Shown here: positions 47,388-60,300 of the stretch, piece by piece
Position numbering within the stretch: the stretch's first letter is position 1
How the letters are laid out: each line of letters begins with the position of its first letter
From: Geosiphon pyriformis uo1
Taxonomy: Eukaryota > Fungi > Glomeromycota
Direction: 5' to 3'
NCBI GenBank assembly: GCA_016748015.1
Contig: JAAOMT010000448.1
Span: 121,834 to 185,833, forward strand
DNA: 64,000 nt
Notes under the pieces: model-generated
The model's input: the letters and a program-made list of their open reading frames with translations, nothing else
What the model was told of the DNA's origin: nothing
Databases searched by the model: none
Position numbers and translations under genes: made by a program

Positions 47388-48671
47388 ATGTTTTCCAGGT
47401 TATCGCCAACACGTCTTTTAACTTTCGCCTTCCTTACTAATACCTCTACAGCTCTCATAAGGACGAATACTTCTATAAGACCTTCTTGGACAAGAATAAA
47501 ATCTTTCAAAAGAGATGTTGGTTAGAAGTTAACGCACTTTTCCGAGATTGATTTTAAGTTGGCAAAACTCATAACTCCAACTACCATTGAACTTTGTTGT
47601 CTAGCCCAATTTCAAACATTTCGTGCAGTCTCTACAAACCGCGCGAATAATCTATCAAAAAATTCAACACTATTCAAATATCGGCTGGTAGCTGGCGTAG
47701 TGTTATGTCGCAGTCCGGTCATTACTCGAGATCTAATTCCTTTCGAAGAAGAATATTACAAGTATCAACAAGTTTTAGAACAGATTCATTCCGCACAATT
47801 TCCGGTAGAGTTTTACTTTAAAAAGGGTAGTTCTGGCGAAAAATTGTGGAAAGAGAAGCTCAAACTTGAAATATCTAAAGAGATGGAGATGGCACAGCAA
47901 GAAGGTCTTGTTGCCCTGGTAAACGAAAGGCAGAAAATGGCAAGGTTCGAAATTGATAAGAATGATGAGCTCCAAGAAAGTCAAAAAGTCAATGTTGCAG
48001 ATCGAGTCACTGAAGCGGATCGGATCCAGGATATGAAATCACTTGATAGGGCTTTGCAAAGAACATTATATCTCATCGTTAAGAAACCTCGGGATCAACA
48101 TTCGTGGCAATTTCCACAAGGTGGTTTAGAAAAGCAGGAAAATCTGTACCAGGTATGCTGCAAAAAATTCAGAATTAGTTTCGGCGAATTCACGAATGAT
48201 TCAAATATAGAGATCTTTTAATCCGAAATTGACTTCCGAAAGAGTTTATCCTTTATCGTATCCCTATCACATGACTTTGCTCTTGCTATCTTGAATAAAA
48301 CAACAAAAGGCAGCTAAACGGGAATTGGCAGAGGAATGTGGGCGGGACATGGATGTTTGGTTTGTGGGACGGCGTCCAATAGGGGTTTACCAATACAGAT
48401 TCGTCGAACCTATTGTTTTTGATCAAAACCGTTTTGACGGAGCAAAGGTGGTGAAAATTTTCTCTTTAGTTTCATCTAATCTTTTTCCCGAGTTTTCACT
48501 AATTGATTTATTTACTAGGTTTTTTTTATGAAAGCTCACATCTTCGCTGGTCAAGCAAAAGTAGACCATAATGAAATTGTAGATTTTGCATGGGTCACCA
48601 AACAAGAGATGCAGGAATATGTGCACCCGGATTATTATGCGGCTGTAAAAGATATGCTTGCGTCATTCTAA
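47388..48671 (+). CDS. MRPL46: Mitochondrial ribosomal protein mL46 (yeast MrpL17 / MRPL46), Nudix-like fold, ~323 aa
   Basis: Exons 47388-47520, 47605-48152, 48310-48447, 48519-48671 (972 nt). Arg/Ser/Thr-rich presequence; R.PVIT...FE, RVTEAD..D.KSLDRALQRTLYL, WQFPQG, AAKREL.EECG, KVFFMKA, DFAWVTK. Confidence 0.92.
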
Positions 48672-49405
48672 TGGGATTTTAAAAAAATCTGATGAAAGCA
48701 AGGTTAATTTCATAGGCATCTTTGGTAATAAGTTAAAGTCAAGGATAAAATTGAAATTTTAAAACCTACGAAAAGGCTACTTTAATCTCAATAATTGTAA
48801 TCGGTTAAAATTTTATTTTGGAAATTTGAGTCGTTCCGTCCGAACGCAAACAAGATATATACAAATTCGTATTGCGCTACTGATGCTCGTAATTGTTTTT
48901 TTAGTTTAAGAATTTTTGATAGCTGATCTTTTTGTTCGTACCGGATCACAAACAACAGAACGTAGGAAAGAACAGAAAGTAGGAAAGAACAGGAAACAAA
49001 ACTATGTAAAGGGATCGCAAAACGTAAGACAGAACGATAAATTTTAAAAATAAACTCATTCAAGTTTACCACTGCTGATAATATACCAAGGATTGCGAAT
49101 TCCATTATAGGGATTGACTAGAATGGCGAGAGAAAAGTCACTCGAGTAATTCACAAAGGTATATTGTGCAAGGTCTAACAGAAAAAAGATTTCTGTTGAA
49201 TCAAACAAAGAAAATAAAGATTGAATGATTCCCCGTCCAGCGGGGTACATAGGCTTCACCAAATTAATACAATGGTAAATATATTGATTGGGCCGTCTCC
49301 ACCGTGGAACGAGGTTTTAAGTTGTATCGAGAGGTAAATTTTACAGTAATGTTCAGTTTGAATAGAGGAGCGAATTCATAATATAATTTTTTTTTAAAAA
49401 AGCAT

Positions 49406-51566
49406 CTAACAAATGATACAACAGCACTTTGAAGCTTCCACGATGCCATCGTCTTCCAAATCGATTTTTTTGCTTTTCTTGCCCTTTTTGTCCTTTTTAT
49501 TTTTTCCCACATTTTCACTTCCTTCCTCAGAAGCTTGAATGCTTTGTAAATCCAAAGTATGTGGTCTTGCATCGAGTTCAGTCGAGGTAATGACAATTTT
49601 GGGATTGAGATTTTCTTGATGTTGTGACTAGTATTCAAGAAAAAATTAGATAATTTTCATGAAAAATTTGGAATATAAATTAGTTGAGGTAAAATATCAT
49701 ACAATTTGAAGATCTCCAGATCCCCTGGTCTCAATATTGATGGAATCTCGGTCTGACGGTTGCAAATCCCAGGAAATGGATTTTGATGGGTGTTCAGACT
49801 ATGTAATTAAATAATTGTTAAAAATATCAATTAAAAACACATGTGAAAATAACACATGATCCGGGAATTTTCCTTGCAATGAATAAATAATCAATTTACC
49901 TTGACGGAACTATCACACAGACTGGAATCATCTTCGTCTTTTACAGCCATAACCCATTCTTCTCGGCGAGCTCGCCTTCCAAATCTTGCGGTATCATCAA
50001 TAACACTAGTATCATTGACGTTCGGAACAGTGTTATCAGGGGCAGAATTACTTCTATCAACATGAGGTTCAGGAATAACAGGAGTTTGCTGTTTGTGACT
50101 AGGAATCGGAGGTCGAATGTCTGTGCGAATAGGTGTGTGGACTCTAGAATTAACTGAACTTTGTCGAGAACGAGTTTTAGGGCGAGTTCCGGGCTGTGAA
50201 GTTCGTCTTCTTGGATAAGTCGGATATTTCTTTGGTAAATCGAATAAATTTTCGACTTGATCAGTAATATCATTATAACCGTTTTCAATTGGTGTAGTCG
50301 GAGCAGAATAATCATTAGTGCTATCACTGAATTGTCCTTTCTTTCTTAACCGGTTTGCGACAGTTGGTATGATAATTTCATCATGAGGTATAATTGGTTT
50401 TTTTAGCGGAGGTAATCGATCTGTTGGTGAGGGTTCATCGTCAACCTTTCGGTTGAAAGATTTTAATATATCAGGTGAAGTGGAAATTGGTGGAGGCCGG
50501 CGACTTGGAGATGTTGATGAGGAGGTTGTAATTGTGGTAGTAGAATCAAATGTGTACAATGATGAAGAATCAGACGACTGCTGATCAACAAAGGTTGAAT
50601 TCTTTCTTGATACTGGTTCAGCAGCGTAGGAGTCTGTTTTGTTGGTCGGCGTAATCGGAGGAGAACTTGGCGGTGTATCAGGAGGAGTAGATAGACCATC
50701 AATACGATTGTATTTATTGTAATTATTTTCATCTAGGTCCATATAGTGATTGTTTGGGGAAGTAATCATCATTTTTTTGTTCTTATGTTGTTGATTTATG
50801 TTTTTCGGTTTAGTCTTATTTGCTAAAATCTGGTCATTAATTCCACCATTTTGAATGGTTTTTGAAGAAATCTTGATTTCTTTGTTTTGAATATCTCCTC
50901 GACCTTCCTGCCCACTGCCGTCATCTCCTGAGAGTGATCGTTTCTTATAACCAGGACGACCATCTTTGGAATTCATCGTTTGTTGTACTGATTTTGATGA
51001 CTGTTTCCAGCCAGAGAAATTACCACCACGATTAACTGAATAACCATCAATCATCAAGGAGTCGATATTATTTTCAGGGTCATTTGAAAAATATCGTTCT
51101 GAGCTAAAATTAGGGGATTTACGTCCAAATGCAGGATTTTCTTTTCGCTGTGACGGCTTTGAGATATTGCTATCACCAACATTGTTTTTACCTCGTTTGG
51201 GAAAATCTGCACGAGAGGGACTCTCTGATGTCACATGAATTATGGTAGAATTTCGAGGAATTTTATCTCGCTTTCGAAAAGGTTCTGGGACATGACGTTC
51301 ACTCGCGGGTAAACGTTCAGGTGTGATTTCGACGACTTCAACCGTCTATGGAAAGGGATAGCAGCAGCAGATAAGTTTGAATTAATATTATCACAAGAGT
51401 TAAAAGATGAATTAACTAAGACTGATAATATGAAGAGCTTTATACAGTTCTGATAAACAAAAGAATCAGAGATAATATCAAAATTTAAGAAAAGCCCATT
51501 TACCGAATCTTTAGTAAATCGTATTTCAAAAGCGGATGTGGAATTTGAATGTTGTCGTCTTGACAT
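49406..51566 (-). CDS. 4-exon gene, ~608 aa, disordered Ser/Pro/Asn-rich protein with polybasic region and C-terminal CCCIIC (CAAX)
   Basis: Exons 51566-51504, 51345-49900, 49798-49703, 49627-49406; GT-AG, in frame (1827 nt); ends KKDKKGKKSKK..EASKCCCIIC*. Confidence 0.78.
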
Positions 51567-53772
51567 TTAGGTAAATTTATTTTTCATTCAAATAAAAGAT
51601 AATGTTTTTTTTGTGTGAGGTGATATTCACCCCAAGACTTGTCACCAAGAGGCTGTGAGAATATTTCTTTGAAATTGGAAGATTTTATGGTACAAGAAGA
51701 ACTGGATAAACGTGTCAGTTTCTTTTTTTTTTTTGTTGTTGTGATAAATTTCTTTCAATCCTATGAACCTTTGGCGGGGTAGGCTGTTTCGTTTCAAGCA
51801 GGGACCCAAAAGTTGTTTGAGATTTGTAACTTTTATTGGTAGTAGTGAGAAGGGAGGGATGTAACGTGTTTTACAAGTATGTAAAAGTTGTCGTTGATAA
51901 GGTGGTAGGTTTGCTTTAGCAGCGCTGCTGCGATAGAGTGAGTAGGAGAAGTGATGGAGAAAAAAGAGCGTTAGTCAACTGGTTACCAAACAGAATTTAA
52001 GAAAGCAATATAAAAGGTTGGTCCGAATAGCTTGAGGCCTATTGAAAGAAGATGCATACAAAAGGAAGTTGAAAATAGATCCAGAAGTCGTTAATAAACA
52101 AGTTCATCGAGACAAAAAAGTTCAAAAGTAGAGGAGATGAAAGTGGGAAGTAGTGTACCAAGTCAAAACCACCGTTAATATATTTACGGTTAATTTTATG
52201 AGTTGGAACAATAAAGTAGGTATATTTTGGTTTACACAATCTGTTTCCTTGGAACACTAGGTTCACAAAAAAACAAGTGGAAAGAGTACAAAGAAGTATA
52301 ATGTATTCATATACATACCTTTGCACGACTAAACGGCAGCTTAACCTCATGAGGCTTTGACAGACAGAGTAGGGAATTTTGCCAAATATTTCGAAACTCA
52401 ATAAAAAGCGAAATAAAGAATTGAAGACTTACCCCTGCTGTTTGAATTGTTAAAAGGTTTGAAAATAAAAAAGTGTTTTTTTGTCAATTAAATGGTTATT
52501 TGAAGTTTTGAACGGTTTTTAAGGAAAAACGATGAGATTTTCAGTGTAATTTTTAACGGTCCTTTGAGAAGGAAAAGATCTACATAGAACATAAAAAACT
52601 TTGCATACTTGATTTGGGGGTTTCGTGAGTCAGCAATTAGCATCAGGTTTAAGGTTCTTTAAGCATTGGGGAAAAACTTTTTTATTGAAAAGTTCATATA
52701 TGATAGCTCTCCTCCTAAAAATAATGACCAGAACTTTACTAGTCACAATAAAAGATCAGATGGCTTATTAAAATTTCATCGATGGCAACTGGTAAAGTTA
52801 AGATTAAATTTTTTTCAGAGTAATTAAAAGGCTAAGCCTTTATAGAATCTGGTGAAAATTCTCGCCAAATTTTTTTAAAGTTGCCCAAAAATTAGACAAA
52901 AAAAAAAAAAACTTTTAGGAAAAATTTTTGTAGAATATTCTAAAAAAAAAAGAAAAATCATTTAATAATGTCATTAAATGCACTTCCAATAATCCCGATT
53001 TTTCAAACTGGGCTCTCACTGTATAACCCTTTCTAGTAAGCTTTCGGCCATCGAAGAGATTTTCAGTTTTTCAATTTTTGAATTAGGTTCATTTCACAGG
53101 ATAAAAATTACTGGCTAAAAAGGTTTAAAATAAGAAATTTAATTTTTAATTTATTTTACTTTACTTTATTTTTATTTTAAATTGGGTAAATCACTTTTTA
53201 TTTATTCCTTTAAACTTTGAAAAAAAAAAAATTTTTTTTTTAGACATCTAAATATAACATAACATGACATGACGCAAGGGAAAAATATTCAAGTTGTGTA
53301 ATCATTTTTATTTTAATAAAGTTTTCCATTTTATATATCATAATAATTAATTGGTCAAAAAGATTTATCAAATCACTTGATTTTTCTTTTTAATACCAAA
53401 TTGAAAGAACAAAAAAAGAAACAAAATTTTTTTAACATAGAGCGATTCTATCAAATCATCACATGAAACATTTCTAATGGTTGATCTCTCGTGTAAATGA
53501 ATGAAAATTAATATCAAAAAAGTCTATTCCAAAAGCGTATAAGAAGAAAAAAGGTAAAAAAAAAAAAATATTTGTCAAACACCTAAGAAAGGAATGCGCA
53601 GATGGTGTTGCAAAAATAATTTAACAATGAGGGAGAACAATGAGGAGATGAATTAAAAATCAGTTTAAACAAAAAGTAAACATTCAATTATAATAAAAAC
53701 AGTTTTATCCTTCTTTTGCATATAGAAGATTTGCCCTGGGAATAGAATATGATTTTGTCAGAGTATCAATAA

Positions 53773-53812
53773 TTGTTGATGATGTTGATGTTGATGTTGA
53801 TGTTGATGTTGA

Positions 53813-53847
<35 letters not shown>

Positions 53848-53905
53848 TTGATGTTGATGTTGATGTTTTTGTTTTTGTTGTTTTTGTTGTTATTGTTATT
53901 GTTAT
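53773..53905. repeat. Compound microsatellite (GATGTT)n/(GTT)n
   Basis: Direct inspection. Confidence 0.9.
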
Positions 53906-53989
53906 TATCGATGATGATTATTATGATGTTGATATAAAGGTTTGATTCAAGTTTTTCAGGGAAAATCAAAATAGATCTTTGCATTTTAC

Positions 53990-53991
<2 letters not shown>

Positions 53992-54031
<40 letters not shown>
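53992..54031. repeat. Poly-T tract (~40 nt)
   Basis: Direct inspection. Confidence 0.95.
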
Positions 54032-54506
54032 CAAAACGCAAAATGACGTAACTAAAATTCTCATGGGATCAATAAAATGATACTCCTTCTCAGAATGCAG
54101 CGTCGTTTTTCCGTAAACTCCTCAACTGTTAATAGAGAATTTTTTTTAACTGTTTCTAGTATCCCCAATTTAAATGTGATCTTTTTAATAAAGAGTTATC
54201 TTTAGGAAAAATCTAAACGTTTATGATTTTTAACTCTCTCAACTGATATGATTATCCGTTGATTAAAGCAAATAGGCCGATTTGACCCAATGTATAAACA
54301 TTAAAAAGTCTTATCTTTTCCCCAAATATTTGGTCAACAAAAAAGTAAGTTTCCAGTAACCACTGTTAAAATACCGATAAAGGTAAAGTAATTGCTCCCC
54401 GAACAGATCCCTTGCATCCCAGAGTTTCACCGTATTTCAATGAAATTCCCCATTCGGTAAAAATCAAATATTCTGTCGTCAATTTTCTATCGTGGAACTT
54501 TTGCCG

Positions 54507-54532
54507 ATGATGATGATGATGATGATGATGAT
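54507..54532. repeat. (GAT)n microsatellite
   Basis: Direct inspection. Confidence 0.9.
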
Positions 54533-55869
54533 ATTCATTTACGATACACTGGGGGTTTTTCATTTGTTATTTCGTTAAAAGCAATCGGGCTTCTTTTTCG
54601 ATTTAAACAAAATGATTATTTAAATCAAAAAAATGATTATTTGAATGAAATATATGATTTATATCCAATAATTCAGCCAACTTAAAATTAATTTATATAA
54701 ATCAAATTATTCATTTTAAATAATTTGAAAAATTTTTTTTAATTAAACTGATAAATTATTTTGTATTTTGTTTAAAATATATTCAAACATAACAAACTTA
54801 TTCAAATATTTTTAAGAAACGTGAAAAAATAATAATAAACAAGTTAAACACAACAAAGCAAAAAAACAAAAATAAGTTGATTTCAAAAAAATTTTAATAA
54901 ATAAATATTAAAAATCAATGTTTGATTAAAATTCGCTTTTATTTTTATTAAAAATCAAGTAACAGATTATTTTATATTGTATATAAAAATTTAAATTATA
55001 TCTTGTTAATTGACTTAATTTTTTGTATTTATAATTTAACAAAAAAACTTGACTGTTCAAAATTATTATTATTATTATTTATAAATAAAACAAATTTTAA
55101 TATTTTAATATTTTAAAAAATTACAAAAATAATTTTTAAATAATTTTTTGTTATTATCTAATAAAATTTATTATTATTATTTTGTATATGTTTCATATTT
55201 AATACAACTTGTTAAAACCAATTATAATTAACTAATTTTTCATTTTATAAATATTTAAAAAAAAAGTTTTATATATTATTTTTATACTGGTTAAAACTTT
55301 TAAGCAAACTAATAACTAAATTAAAAATACACTTAATCTGAATTTTTACAAAAATAAAACAAATTTTTATATTTATAACAAAATTTATATTAATAGTTAA
55401 AAAAAAAACAAGTAAATTTATTATTTAGATAATTTTTTTAAGCACTAATATTATTATATAAAACAGATTTTACAACTTAGATTTAAACAAATTTAATTTT
55501 AAATTTATATATCTTATTTAAAATTAAAAACAATACAATTATATTTTAATTAACATTTTTAAAATTTAATAATGTTTTAATTTACTTTATAAAAATTAAT
55601 ACATATACAAATTAAGAAAAAAATTTTGTGATTTTTTATTTTAAAATATTTAGATTAAAAAAAAGATAATAAAATTATTAATACTTAAATTATTGTATAT
55701 TTTTTTTTAAATATTTTCTAAAAAACAGTTAATTAAATCAATAATTAAATTAAAAATTAAGTTAATAAATAAGTTAAAAAATAAATAAATTAATAATTAA
55801 TATATATATTATTTATTAACTAATACATATTTAATTATAAATAATATATATATATATTTTATTATATTT

Positions 55870-55965
55870 TTACAAAGTGTGGCCCAACTACTACACCTTA
55901 AGTCGTATAATGAATGATTATCATATAAAAAGATATGATTCACATATGACCAGCCACTCGTAAGA
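55870..55965 (-). mobile_element. Remnant of a LINE-related 3' end inside an AT desert
   Basis: Minus strand CGAGTGGCTGGTCATATGTG matches the LINE 3'UTR motif CGAGTGGCTGGTCACGTGT; followed by ..GTAGTTGGGCCACACT. Confidence 0.5.
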
Positions 55966-57321
55966 TAAAAAATAAAAAAAATTTTATTTTATTAAATTAA
56001 AAACAATATATTTACAAATAAATAAATAAATAAAAAATAATTTTTTAAATATTTCTTTTTAAAATTAATACAAATTTATTTAAAAACTTTTTTGTTAATA
56101 TAATTAATATTTAAAAATAATTTGAATTTTTAAAATTTTTATATAATCTATTAAGTTTTAATATTTAAACAAAATTTTAAATATTAAAATATTATATATA
56201 TTAATTAATTATTAAATAAAAAAATTATAAGTTAAATCACTATTAAAAAATAAAATAAAAAATTTAGTTTTATTTTAATATATTAATTATAAATATTTAA
56301 TAAATTATATAAACAATAATAATAATAATAATAATAATAATAATTTAAGATATATTATATTTAAATTTAATAATAATAATAATAATAATAATAATTTAAG
56401 ATATATTATATTTAAATTTAATAATATTAAAAATAATAATATTATAATTATTATTTAAAAAAAAATTATATGTTTTAAAACTAAATAAAATTAATATATA
56501 TATTAATAAATTAATAAAAAATTTAATATTATTAATATTAAACATAAAATTAAAATATATTTTAATAATTTAAATAAAAATATAAATGTTTTTTTAATAA
56601 TATTGTTATATATATAGTTTTATTAATTTATATTATAATATTTATACAGATAAATTTACTTTAAATATATAAAAAAATATTTTAAACAAAATAAAATCCA
56701 ATTTTAAATGTTAAATTAAATAATATTATTTATAAATTAACTATTGTTTTACTTTGTTTTTTTTTTAAAAATTAATAAATTTTATATTATAAACTACTTA
56801 AATAAAATATTTAATAAAATAATTTATGTTAATTGGTTAATAACAAAATTTATTTTGGAAATTTAAGTGCAATAAAATTATAAAAAAAAATTTAAATAAA
56901 TCAAAATATAATATATTAATAAACATATTAAAACAGATTCAATAAGTGTAAAAACTTATTTGGTTATAATAAAAGTTATTTATAAAAAGCTTTTTATGGC
57001 TAAAAAAAATATATTTTGGTGTAATGAAAAAATACTTACTACAGCTTGAAATAATTAATACCAATAATGCAAAAATAAAAAGAGAAGCATATAAGATGAT
57101 TAGAATGTTAATAACAACTGTAGTCTGACTGCAGAGCTGAACTTGAAAAGTCTGGTTTGATTTGTAGTACGGTATGAATTCGGTGCTTTGGTGTAGAAAG
57201 TGAACAGTTCACGTTGTGAAACAATATTTATTTTATGATTGGCTATTCTTTAAGAGCATACTCTTTCTGAGTACATAAATACTATTTGGCCCTCAACAAT
57301 GTACCCTTACAAAAGTTTATA

Positions 57322-60300
57322 ATGGTAGGTTGCTGAATTTGAATTGAAAATACTGTTAATGTCGTTGACTTTTCTCAATTTTTCCTAAATTTTAGCGCGT
57401 ATCTCCAAATTCAAATGAAGAACACTCGTCAAATAGCCATAAAGAGGGTAAATTTTAGTCTTCTTGTAAATTCAAATTTGTTAAATTTGTAATTTAAAAC
57501 TCACTTGACCAATTTCAAACGTGAATTTGAAGAAATCTTTGACGAGTTTAATGATGATTTTAGCGAAGATGGGGAAAATTCTCTTACCGTCGCAGAGTTT
57601 TCTAATCTAACCTTTGGGACGAACCCTTTGGAATTTGACCCCACTGATTTCGTTTGCGGAGAATTGGATGTTGCCAAGTTTTTTCAACTTGTTGTTGAAC
57701 CAATGCTTCAAAATGATGAACAGGGAATTTTACGCAACCTTTTCCCATACTTAATTGATCTTCTTAACCGAACAGTTACTTTTGACAAGATCGCTACCTG
57801 TATCAAAGAAACTCTCAAAATTTATTCAAACCCCACCCTTAAAAAATTAGAAATCTGCAAAGGTCGTGATTATCTTGCGATGTTTCTTGATCACATTCCT
57901 GATAAATCTTTACCAAAAATGCTCGGTACACTTGTATCTTCTAATATACCTATCCCTCTTCTTTTGACAAAGGAACATCAGTGCTATGAGAAAGGTCTTA
58001 GGGTACTCTCTGCCCTACGTGATATAGTAATTGAAAAGGATTACTGTCTTCTACTGGTTATGAACTTAACAACATCCAAATTGGAGAATCCTTTCTCCAA
58101 ACAACTTTATCCTGCCTTATGCAAAAATCGTGAAAAACCAACAGGGGTCACCTTTCCTGGCTCAATTGATATTACCTTCCACCCAGCATCAGAAAATAAG
58201 CTTCGCCGACCTATAGCCATTGCTGAAGCATATAACCTTGCACTCACATCCGATCCATTCCAAAGTATCATTAAAAACCTATCGAAAGAGGCATTCTTCA
58301 TTATCCTGAATACCTCTGAAATTGATTTTATTGGCAGTGAACCAACCGAAGAGCTTGGAGACCAAATTGAATCAATTGCTAGAAGCATGAATGGGAAATT
58401 GGGTAAAAGATTTTTGGTTCTTTACACGGACTCAAAATCACAACCAGCTACCATTCGGCGTGAAATGTTCAAACAACGAAAGCACTCACTAGAGACATTG
58501 TTCCATCTTCATAATGATAAAGATAATGGCCTCTCTGAGTTTTACATCAAGGTTATTTCGCCTGAAAAAATGGAGCAAAACCTGGAAGATATTAAAGAAA
58601 ATATTTTGGTTCAGTTGCCTCCCGAAAATCAGCAACGCCTGTATCCTCCTCTTGGAATTCGGCTGCCTTCTAAAGAGGAGCTAATTGTCTGGTCAGACAC
58701 AAGTGGTGATAATACTTTCGCCAGATCAATGACGCAACTTGGTTTTCAGACAGGTGTAAATGGTTTTCGCCGCGCTCAAATATTCCCCGCATCTAATTAT
58801 GAGCGAAAAATTGAAAATCTTAATGATAAACGACGTTTAAGCTCCGATAAATATTCCAATTTTATTTCAGAAGAAGAGATTGATAAAAGGATCAAAAATT
58901 TCAAGTTGGAAAAGGCTCTTATTGGGGATTCTTCTCAGATCTCAGCTCTCAAACTTTTCTCTGAAGTAGTAATTAATAAAAATTTTACCGAGATGAAGAA
59001 TTTTGCTCGAGATATTGATAGCCTATTTAAAACCCATTTGCAAGCGCTTTCGTCGCAAGAAAGTAAATCTCTGCAAAATCCAAACGATATAACGCGAGAA
59101 CAACTCAAAAGAGAAATTGAGGATAACGATATTTCGATACATGATTTTTGGAGAGAATTTGTGATCCTCTCGATGACCAAATACAATCGCGATCTATCTG
59201 TTTTGGAAAAACTATATAGCGTGAAACCAAGGTTAGATAAAACTGTTTTAGTCTCTTTTTTTATTACTTGAGAAAACTATAACTATTTGAGATTACAACC
59301 AGCCATCTTCAAGATGCTTATAAAACATGGGTTATCGAAGGCGAAGCAATGCAAATTTTAGATGGCTTATCACTACGCGCCCTCGATCCATCATTTTTGT
59401 CGAATGTTCTTTCCTCTTTGATGTCCGATTCCAATCGAAGGTTGATTGTTATCTCTGTCATTGGTCTTGAAAGTTCTGGAAAGTCGACCCTCTTGAATTA
59501 TTTATTTAAATGTGGATTTTCCACGTCTGCAGGCCGATGGTAACAGATTAAATCATTCTTGATTTTTTTACCTAGCTCGCGTTGTGCATGCAGTTAAAGT
59601 TAATAATCAAATCTATTTTCTTTTCAGCACTAAAGGGATGTACATGTCCTACCGTCACTCGGATTTCAAAGGAATTCCCTTTGACCTGCTTATTCTTGAC
59701 TCTGAAGGGATGAGCTCTACGGCACAAAAGTACATCACCAGAAGAAGCAGTTTTGATAAAAAGATAACCCTATTAGCTCTCATGTGCTCCCAAATTGTCA
59801 TCATCAATACAAAAGGGCTGACCAAAGATATTTCAAATATTCTTGAAGTATCGTCTTATCATTTAGATGCCTTGAGTAAGCGCAAATCTAAGCCACGGTT
59901 ACATTTTGTTTTACGTGACATGATGGACTCCAATAAAGCACAAAAGCCAGCATTCGATGATATTCGCGAAAGTCTTGAAGAAATGTTCCGTGAATTGCCT
60001 GGGTGTACCCAAGACTTGAGTGATTTTATGACTATTTCTGAGGAAGATGTGCACCTACTGGTCAATGCATTCACTTCTTTCCATGATGATCTAAGACCCA
60101 AAGCAATGAATATGTCTGAAACTGAGCATATTCACCTCCCGACGGTATGTAATTCGCTCGTTTTTTCCGTCTTCTTTCCTAATCGAATAAACAATAAATT
60201 GAAGTAATCTAAATTGATTTCATCTGCTCACATTATTTTAGGAATCATTTCCTTTAATTGTTTCAAATCTAAGAAAGTTACTCATTTCCTCGGCACTTGA

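Noticed and set aside
48788-49638. Minus-strand ORFs 48788-49105, 49056-49262 and 49264-49638 as separate genes
   Set aside because: They overlap the last exon (in another frame) and the likely 3'UTR of the CAAX gene; no recognisable motifs
51240-51566. 108-aa ORF as a standalone gene
   Set aside because: Its first 21 codons are exon 1 of the CAAX gene; the rest is intron read-through and off-frame exon 2
53766-54563. Poly-K/N/H ORFs (53766-54041, 54366-54563)
   Set aside because: Translations of poly-T, (GATGTT)n and (GAT)n simple repeats
54600-57100. Organelle-derived (NUMT) or centromeric DNA in the AT-rich tract
   Set aside because: No mitochondrial gene, tRNA or rRNA remnants recognised; similar tracts in this window resolve as eroded TEs
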